Positions 17,441 through 22,751 of a stretch of DNA of 22,751 nucleotides are shown piece after piece. Position 1 is the stretch's first letter. Each line of letters starts with the position of its first letter. The notes under the pieces were generated by a model. The model was given only the letters and a program-made list of their open reading frames with translations. It ran no database searches and had not been told where the DNA came from. The translations under genes and the position numbers were made by a program. Source of the DNA: an uncultured virus (IMG/VR IMGVR_UViG_3300021197_001353) (Duplodnaviria; Heunggongvirae; Uroviricota; Caudoviricetes); the IMG/VR virus record IMGVR_UViG_3300021197_001353; one strand, written 5' to 3'.

Positions 17441-17890
17441 TCACCTCTCAAAAGCGCGACCTCCGTGCGGAGACGTTTGATCTCGTTTTCTGAATTCATA
17501 ACCGTTAATTTTTAGTCGTTGTCTGGCCAATACTTTGGCCTTGTTGTATGTAACTCGAAAATGTGGATCGAACTCCAACAACTCTTCTGCACGTTGCACA
17601 GCTACAGTTATTGTGGAATGATCCCTACCCGTATACATGCCGAGTCGTTTGCATGTGTACTTGTACAATTCTCGTCTGCACAGATGGAAGAATACCTTCC
17701 GCGTATCTGATAAGACATTCGTTCTGGTCTTACTCTTGAAGTCCTCGAACGATATTTCGCAGACATCGCAGCATGCCGCTGCTACTAGGTCTAGCTCTCC
17801 ATTGTCTATACGTACCCCACGTTTTATGTGAGCCATCGCATTGTAGTGTAGCCCAGGGTATATCCAAGGGCTTGTTTTGTCAATCTGCAT
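17441..17890 (-). CDS. Stand-alone DnaA C-terminal (domain IV) HTH protein (~149 aa)
   Basis: SKTRTNVLSDTRKVFFHLCRR...RLGMYTGRDHSTITVAVQR matches the DnaA domain IV signature (RDHsTV). The start is set at ATG 17890 because the longer ORF runs through a tRNA gene. Confidence 0.8.
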   Translation of the reverse strand: MQIDKTSPWIYPGLHYNAMAHIKRGVRIDNGELDLVAAACCDVCEISFEDFKSKTRTNVLSDTRKVFFHLCRRELYKYTCKRLGMYTGRDHSTITVAVQRAEELLEFDPHFRVTYNKAKVLARQRLKINGYEFRKRDQTSPHGGRAFER

Positions 17891-17913
17891 GGTGGGTGTG
17901 AATGGTGGTTTTG

Positions 17914-17986
17914 TGCGCCCGGTAGGACTTGAACCTACGGCCAATTGATTATGAGTCAACTGCTCTAACCACTGAGCTACGGGCGC
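17914..17986 (-). tRNA. tRNA with CAT anticodon, most likely tRNA-Ile2 (lysidine, reads AUA)
   Basis: GCGCCCG TA GCTC AGTGGTTA GAGC A GTTGA CT CAT AA TCAAT TGGCC GTAGG TTCAAGT CCTAC CGGGCGC A. C4-G69 and C5-G68 are TilS determinants; initiator features are absent. CCA is not encoded. Confidence 0.9.
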
Positions 17987-17987
17987 G

Positions 17988-18016
17988 AAAAAGGGCCAGT
18001 GACGTTTCACCGGCCC
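17988..18016 (-). terminator. Intrinsic terminator-like hairpin between the two tRNAs
   Basis: The - strand reads GGGCCGGTGA-AACG-TCACTGGCCC-TTTTT. Confidence 0.7.
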
Positions 18017-18063
18017 CCTACTGAAAAATGAATCACGTATGAGCTGCTATCGCCCCACACGCG

Positions 18064-18137
18064 TACTCCGGGCGGGACTCGAACCCGCAACCTACAGCTT
18101 AGAAGGCTGTTGCACTATCCAGTTGTGCTACCGAAGC
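18064..18137 (-). tRNA. tRNA-Arg(TCT)
   Basis: GCTTCGG TA GCAC AACTGGATA GTGC A ACAGC CT TCT AA GCTGT AGGTT GCGGG TTCGAGT CCCGC CCGGAGT A. CCA is not encoded. Confidence 0.93.
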
Positions 18138-18909
18138 AGAAGTGATCCATAGTGTTTTCAGTGTACTTCAAGTTTGATTTATTTATCGCCCCAAGAGAGT
18201 TTGTGTGTGCAGATTTCAATGCAGGATCTATCTCATTGAAATGTCCTGTCCCCTGCACAGCAAGTTGCCACTCTGAGGCTTGGCATGGGTCTGTGTAGAT
18301 ATTTACACCGTTACGCTTCAGATTGCCGCTGATATGTATGTCGTCTACATAAAACGAGCCTGAAGCTTCGTGTGTAAATACACGTTCGTCAAAGAAAGAC
18401 GGACGAACACCCACGCCCCCACACCCAAATGCTACATCTACCTGTGTTCTTTCAGGCATATTGATGCAGCTTCCGTATTCTTCCCTCCAAGGGTTTTTGT
18501 ACACTTTGCTACCTTTCCTGCATACAGCATTCCCACTCTCCAGTATATCGTTACCGATGAGGTTCTCTATTGCATTCAGATGGTAGAGTGTGTCGTCATC
18601 AAAGTAGAGTATCACAGGCTCTGCTGACACAGGTTGGTCCATCTCACGTTTCAAAACTCCAAGGAGCTTGGTTGCAGGACCGTAATCCTTGCAAGGCAGC
18701 AATTCTACCTTGCCCTTGTTTATGAGTTTTACAACCTTATCACTGAGCTTATAACCTGTATTCTCCCTCAATGATCTGTGAGGAAGAGACAATACAATCT
18801 CATCAGGAGCCATTGTCTGTTGAATAAGAGACTGCAATGTGTAGTGTAGATACTCCATACGAGAGGGTATCGACGTTAGTGTAGCAATTACTCTTCTGTT
18901 GTTGTACAT
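18115..18909 (-). CDS. GT-A fold (family 2-like) glycosyltransferase
   Basis: Motifs VIATLTSIPSR, QTMAPDEIVL, DYGPATKLLG, a DxD-type YFDDD, GCGGV and VDDIHISG. Confidence 0.8.
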   Translation of the reverse strand: MYNNRRVIATLTSIPSRMEYLHYTLQSLIQQTMAPDEIVLSLPHRSLRENTGYKLSDKVVKLINKGKVELLPCKDYGPATKLLGVLKREMDQPVSAEPVILYFDDDTLYHLNAIENLIGNDILESGNAVCRKGSKVYKNPWREEYGSCINMPERTQVDVAFGCGGVGVRPSFFDERVFTHEASGSFYVDDIHISGNLKRNGVNIYTDPCQASEWQLAVQGTGHFNEIDPALKSAHTNSLGAINKSNLKYTENTMDHFCFGSTTG

Positions 18910-19163
18910 AGTTGCTCATCTATACATTTCTCCAAGGCTGACATTGCATCAGTTATAAACATGCTGAGACTATCGTCTCTCATGTCCACAGACAATACCT
19001 TATCAAGCTCATTCTGCAGCCCACTGATGTGGTGCTTTAGCTTGTGCTTGAAGCGAGTATTACCCTGTGTCTCATCCAACAGTTCTTGTAGTAGCATAGA
19101 CGTCACGAATAGCTTGACCTCAAGCTGTCGTATCACCTTGTTACCGACTTGTACATCTTTCAT
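18888..19163 (-). CDS. Hypothetical helical protein (91 aa)
   Basis: Coupled to the upstream ORF by ATGA and overlaps the glycosyltransferase start. Confidence 0.65.
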   Translation of the reverse strand: MKDVQVGNKVIRQLEVKLFVTSMLLQELLDETQGNTRFKHKLKHHISGLQNELDKVLSVDMRDDSLSMFITDAMSALEKCIDEQLCTTTEE

Positions 19164-19489
19164 GATAGGTCATTTCTCCAGTATGAATCAATTGTCATAA
19201 GCTTCATCCTGCCCAGTCTATTAATCTTATTTATCCTGTTAAGATTCTTCCAGGCGCGTGTACCACCACCTTTTTCCATTGCACCCCTAACCCTTGTTTC
19301 AAGGACTTCGAAGTGTTCAGCTATCTCACTTACACCATAACCAGAGATGTACATCCTGAGGTAGCTTTTAGCCTCTTCAGGAGAGTATGGTTTAGCCTGT
19401 GGTCTTAAAGTCTTAGCTGAGGCCAGCACCTTGCCACGTATACCCTTTTTGAGAGGTGTGGTTAAATTTATCAATCTTATTTTTCCCAT
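19160..19489 (-). CDS. Putative HTH DNA-binding protein (109 aa)
   Basis: Basic protein with the HTH-like segment GYGVSEIAEHFEVLETRVRGAM; overlaps the polymerase stop. Confidence 0.6.
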   Translation of the reverse strand: MGKIRLINLTTPLKKGIRGKVLASAKTLRPQAKPYSPEEAKSYLRMYISGYGVSEIAEHFEVLETRVRGAMEKGGGTRAWKNLNRINKINRLGRMKLMTIDSYWRNDLS

Positions 19490-21330
19490 GTTGCTGAGAT
19501 GTTTGTGTCTGCCTTTAGCAAACCGTTTGGTATAATTACTTTGGCAGCCTTCTCCATGAGCTCAGTCATCCTGACTGACCATGCTTCGGCTACATCTTGT
19601 CTACATACACAATCAATCTGATCATGTACAGTCATCACAATCTTCACGGTATCAGACCATGACTCCTGTATCTCTCTATGTATATAGATGAGAGCCAGCT
19701 TAGTCATGTCGGCTGATGAACCCTGAATAGGCGTGTTCTTAGATGCACGCTCTATACTACCGAACTCCTGAAACATAGACCTGTCATTCCAAATCTTAGG
19801 GAACCAGTTGTCGAACCATCTTCTACGCTTGAAGGGCTTGAAGGTAGTAATGTATCCATTACGAGTACCGAATGTACCAAGAGTTTGTAGAAAGTCACGG
19901 ATGTTAGGGAACTCTGTAAAGTATTTCTCTATGAGTGCCTCTGCTTCTCCCTTAGATATCTGGAGCGTATCGGCCAACTTAAAGGGTCCCATTCCGTAGG
20001 CCAGACCGAAATTAATCGCTTTAATTTGCGTCCGTAGGCTCTTTTTCTCAGTAGCGTCAGCGTTCCTCCACTTATCCTCGAAGACAAGGTCGGCACATAC
20101 TCCATGAAGATCCAGTCCCTTCTCAAGGGCTTCCAACCAAACAGGGTCTTGTGATCCATAAGCGATTACATTTAGTTCCTGACTAGAGTAGTCACTAGAC
20201 ACGAAGACCCACCCTTCGGGTGCGATGAAACAGTTTCTAAAGGTATTATCGCTTGGAATCTGCTGCATGTTAGGCTTGGAGGATGAAACTCGTCCAGTAT
20301 CAAGGATCTGCGAGAAGTTTGTGTGCACTCGTCCGTCGCTGTTGACGTAGTTGAAGAACTTAGTTCCGTAGGCGTTGGCCAGCTTGGTGCGTTCCTTATA
20401 GCGTATATATTCATCGATGAGTTTGTGTTTGTACCTGTGCTTGTTAAGCTTCTTGCCATTGACGTCTTCAAGATTGGGTACGAGGTTTCTAAATAACTCT
20501 AGGGTTTGCGAGGGGGATGCCCAGTTGATATGAGTATGTCTGATATCCTCCATAGGAGCAAACATATCCACCTGTACTGGTATATTGTAGTGTTGTAGCA
20601 ATGGATGTGCCAACACCATATCATCTAGCTTGATTGACTGCTCATGTGCCAGCTTGACATTGTTCTCTGCCATAACTGTCCATTTGTCCTTATCAATAGC
20701 TAGTCCCTCGTACTCTATCTCAGAGAATACCTTGACTACCTTATTCTCAAGACGTGCTGTTTGCTCAAGTTCATACGTATGAAGTAGGCTAAGCTGCTTC
20801 TGCCGTATGTCCAACAGATAAACCACATCGTTTGCCCCGTACGTAATCTGGTCGACAGTAAAAGGTTGACCCTTGAGTCCGATGAATTTGTTACGCGTCT
20901 CTTTATTGAGAGTAGTACCGAGGTATCGCTCCACGCACCTGGAAAGAGAGTATCCATAGTCTTGCTTGCCACAATTGATAACTCTCTCCACAAGAAACGT
21001 ATCGTATATTTCTTCCACCGAAATACCAGCCCACTTTTTGATGAACTTGTAGTCGAACTTAGCGTTGTGAAAAATCTTGATAATATCATGTGATTCTAGT
21101 ATTGGTTTAAGAAGTGTGATGTCTACCACACGTGTATCGATTACATACTGTCGTTCCTTATCCCCAATCTGAAGCATGATCATTTTCCTGCACGTGAAAT
21201 CAAAGCCTTCAGTCTCAGTGTCTACACCAAGGACTGTCTTTGTCTTGCAGTAGTCTGCACATTCCTCAATCGTAGCTGTTTGTATCTCATTTAGAGGGCT
21301 GCTTGAGCCTATAAATCTTATTCTGCTCAT
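19477..21330 (-). CDS. polA: Family A DNA polymerase (3'-5' exonuclease + polymerase, no 5' nuclease)
   Basis: Exonuclease motifs DTETEG, HNAKFD and YGANDV; TGRVSSSKPNMQQIP; motif A DYSSQEL; motif B RTQIKAINFGLAYG; motif C VHDQI. Confidence 0.96.
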   Translation of the reverse strand: MSRIRFIGSSSPLNEIQTATIEECADYCKTKTVLGVDTETEGFDFTCRKMIMLQIGDKERQYVIDTRVVDITLLKPILESHDIIKIFHNAKFDYKFIKKWAGISVEEIYDTFLVERVINCGKQDYGYSLSRCVERYLGTTLNKETRNKFIGLKGQPFTVDQITYGANDVVYLLDIRQKQLSLLHTYELEQTARLENKVVKVFSEIEYEGLAIDKDKWTVMAENNVKLAHEQSIKLDDMVLAHPLLQHYNIPVQVDMFAPMEDIRHTHINWASPSQTLELFRNLVPNLEDVNGKKLNKHRYKHKLIDEYIRYKERTKLANAYGTKFFNYVNSDGRVHTNFSQILDTGRVSSSKPNMQQIPSDNTFRNCFIAPEGWVFVSSDYSSQELNVIAYGSQDPVWLEALEKGLDLHGVCADLVFEDKWRNADATEKKSLRTQIKAINFGLAYGMGPFKLADTLQISKGEAEALIEKYFTEFPNIRDFLQTLGTFGTRNGYITTFKPFKRRRWFDNWFPKIWNDRSMFQEFGSIERASKNTPIQGSSADMTKLALIYIHREIQESWSDTVKIVMTVHDQIDCVCRQDVAEAWSVRMTELMEKAAKVIIPNGLLKADTNISATWEK

Positions 21331-21493
21331 GATGGATGAGGTTTAGTATGTTGTCTGCCTCCTCAAAGGTAAGATTGCGGCCTCGGAAGAATAGCCCAGA
21401 CCTACCGTGTTTCTTAGCCATGTCACGTAGGTACTGAAGAGTCTCGGTCTCTCCGTCCTGCATGATCATGGCAACTTCTTTCATTTTGCCCAT
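21287..21493 (-). CDS. Hypothetical protein (68 aa)
   Basis: ATG follows the A-rich leader ATCAAAACACT; the ORF overlaps the polA start. Confidence 0.65.
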   Translation of the reverse strand: MGKMKEVAMIMQDGETETLQYLRDMAKKHGRSGLFFRGRNLTFEEADNILNLIHHEQNKIYRLKQPSK

Positions 21494-21520
21494 AGTGTTT
21501 TGATTTGTGATTAGAATTAG

Positions 21521-21598
21521 TCACCCAAGTGAGAGTCGAACTCACTGTCTCATGCACAGGAACCATCCTGCATGAAGCCTTACCGTTAAGTTTGGGTG
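21521..21598 (-). ncRNA. tRNA-like RNA (element 0): acceptor + mini D-arm + elongated arm without a 7-nt anticodon loop + T-arm
   Basis: CACCCAA A CTTA ACGG TAAG GCT TCATG CAGGA TGGT TCCTG TG CATGA GACA GTGAG TTCGACT CTCAC TTGGGTG A. Confidence 0.8.
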
Positions 21599-21599
21599 T

Positions 21600-21637
21600 A
21601 AAAAAGGGGAGCTCAGCCCATAAGGACTGAACCCCCC
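21600..21637 (-). terminator. Intrinsic terminator after the 191-aa gene
   Basis: The - strand reads GGGGGGTTCAGTCC-TTAT-GGGCTGAGCTCCCC-TTTTTT. Confidence 0.85.
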
Positions 21638-21644
21638 GTGAGAC

Positions 21645-22220
21645 TTAGGATACTAGCTCCCCTGTCTCAATGTTTACGTTCGCGGGGATGCCACCAGTAG
21701 TTTTAGCTACTGCATCCGCCTCGAGGAAAACATGGTTTGGCTCACCAAAGCAAACTCGAGAGTTCGCAAAGATGTAATTGCCCTGATGAGTGATGAATGC
21801 GCCTTCCTTACCACGACGCTTTGCAGCTGTCTGAAGGTTGGTCATCTGCCACTCAGTGGGCTCAACAGTTTCAACAATTTCAACACGCAACGGAGTACCA
21901 CCAACCGCTGGGTTGCTGATGTTCAATGGCTTGACCATTCGACCCATCTCATCAGGAGAGTAGCCTTGTGTCAAGTCGACCCCCAAGAGTTCAGTCGCAT
22001 CTGCTGGTTCACAAGTGAGCCAAGCGCGACGAGCTCCCCCTTGAGAGAATCGATCATCAGACTTGTTAAACGCTGCCAGTGGATTTGCTTGAGCTGCTCC
22101 TTCGAGCCGTTCAGCAATCTCCAACTGGATTTTACCATTAGCCACTTGGCGTGATTGTACCAAGAGACTGTTGCCTGGAGTTAGGGCCTCCAGCTTGCCG
22201 CTGTTAATGATGTTGTCCAT
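21645..22220 (-). CDS. Hypothetical protein (191 aa)
   Basis: ATG follows TAAAATC; the gene has its own terminator and the protein ends in NIETGELVS. Confidence 0.75.
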   Translation of the reverse strand: MDNIINSGKLEALTPGNSLLVQSRQVANGKIQLEIAERLEGAAQANPLAAFNKSDDRFSQGGARRAWLTCEPADATELLGVDLTQGYSPDEMGRMVKPLNISNPAVGGTPLRVEIVETVEPTEWQMTNLQTAAKRRGKEGAFITHQGNYIFANSRVCFGEPNHVFLEADAVAKTTGGIPANVNIETGELVS

Positions 22221-22281
22221 GATTTTATGGATTACATGATTTTAATGATGGTGACTGTTAATGGCCGTCACCTTACGCCAT

Positions 22282-22390
22282 TGGAGGACAGAGGAGGATT
22301 CGAACCTCAGTTGATGGTCGTTATAACGACACGCTTCAGCAAACCCCAAACCTGAAACCGTCGAGCCCCCTCCAAGGGGTGTCTCTGTCC
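22282..22390 (-). ncRNA. tRNA-like RNA (element 1) with an 8/4 acceptor/T branch and encoded CCA
   Basis: GGACAGAG ACA CCCCT TGGA GGGGG ...GTTTCAG GTTTGGGGTTTG CTGAAGC GT GTCGT TATA ACGAC CATCAACT GAGG TTCGAAT CCTC CTCTGTCC T CCA. Confidence 0.8.
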
Positions 22391-22393
22391 TTA

Positions 22394-22480
22394 GTAGTGC
22401 GGAAGGAATCGAACCTTCAGGATAATGTCTGTAGCTGTATACTCTCTACATATGACAACCCCCCACGCCAATGCGCACTA
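22394..22480 (-). ncRNA. tRNA-like RNA (element 2): acceptor + stemless D-linker + long stem + T-arm
   Basis: TAGTGCG CATTGGCGT GGGGGGTTGTC ATA TGTAG AGAGTATACAG CTACA GACATTATCCT GAAGG TTCGATT CCTTC CGCACTA C. Confidence 0.8.
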
Positions 22481-22483
22481 TTT

Positions 22484-22598
22484 GTAGTATGGAGGGAATC
22501 GAACCCTCGAGTGTAGCAACGTAACTGGTAGTTACGCGCACTGTGTTAATCGCATTGTATAGTGAATCCATTACTACACACTCTCCCTTTGCATACTA
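22484..22598 (-). ncRNA. tRNA-like RNA (element 3): acceptor + stemless D-linker + branched domain + T-arm
   Basis: TAGTATG CAAAGGGA GAGTGTGTAGTAA ... CGTAACT ACC AGTTACG TTGCTACACTC GAGGG TTCGATT CCCTC CATACTA C. Confidence 0.8.
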
Positions 22599-22611
22599 TC
22601 CCACACAGGGA

Positions 22612-22733
22612 GTGATAACGATAGCAATCTATACCTAGCATAGGTATCTAGTTGATCAGACTGCCCGTAATTGACAAGGTCGAACACCTCTTTTACAATG
22701 GTAACAACTTTTAGGACACGGCTATTTTATCAC
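22612..22733 (-). ncRNA. Putative multibranch structured RNA of unknown class
   Basis: The closing stem GTGATAA-A-ATAGC / GCTAT-CG-TTATCAC encloses several nested hairpins. G-U pairs favour the - strand. Confidence 0.5.
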
Positions 22734-22751
22734 ATGAAGGGTGGCCCCTTA

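Noticed and set aside
17891..18010. N-terminal extension of the 17441..18010 ORF
   Set aside because: It runs through tRNA-Ile2 and a terminator; the ATG at 17890 is the plausible start.
19477..21330. Introns or inteins in polA, dnaB or the SF2 helicase
   Set aside because: The ORFs are uninterrupted, of compact length, and show no intein or homing endonuclease motifs.
22282..22390. Element 1 as tRNA-Sec or a UGA suppressor (contains TTCA and a Sec-like D-arm)
   Set aside because: The TCA cannot be placed in a 7-nt loop on a sound stem and pairs better within GTTTCAG/CTGAAGC. The branch is 12 bp with U73, not 13 bp with G73.
22282..22598. CRISPR array or tmRNA gene
   Set aside because: There are no identical direct repeats with regular spacers and no cas genes. 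The units are too short for tmRNA and lack G3-U70 and a tag ORF.
22622..22668. Resemblance of + strand GTTGATCAGACT to the 5' motif of IscB omega/HEARO RNAs
   Set aside because: The match is short and imperfect, the expected partner strand is poor, no IscB/TnpB gene is in the window, and G-U pairing favours the - strand.
22620..22670. Hammerhead ribozyme (CTGATCA resembles CTGATGA)
   Set aside because: The core is CTGATCA rather than CUGANGA, and there is no correctly placed GAAA.
1..22751. Stop-codon reassignment, as in some crAss-like phages
   Set aside because: Genes are intact and densely tiled under code 11; TAA, TGA and TAG all end genes at sensible places, and no suppressor tRNA is seen.

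Overview
A fragment of a lytic dsDNA phage genome, most likely crAss-like (Crassvirales-type) and infecting Bacteroidota. This assignment is inferred from gene content, gene order and A-rich, SD-less start contexts, not from a database search. On the + strand are the ends of two large, probably virion/cargo, protein genes and two small ORFs. They converge at a bidirectional terminator (~4464-4491) with a long, tightly coupled - strand block: PolA, glycosyltransferase, tRNA-Arg(UCU), tRNA-Ile2(CAU), a stand-alone DnaA-domain-IV protein, SF2 helicase, DnaB, AAA ATPase, putative SSB, primase, PD-(D/E)xK nuclease, rIIA/rIIB, 5'-3' exonuclease and UDG. The most unusual signal is a set of four tRNA-shaped but non-decoding RNAs on the - strand: a tandem array of three at 22282-22598 and a fourth at 21521-21598. 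Each keeps an acceptor stem, a canonical T-arm and a D-region GG, but the anticodon arm is replaced by a different long or branched domain. A further multibranch RNA lies at 22612-22733. A second notable signal is a head-to-tail cysteine pair across the junction of the two large virion proteins. All RNA folds were done by eye.
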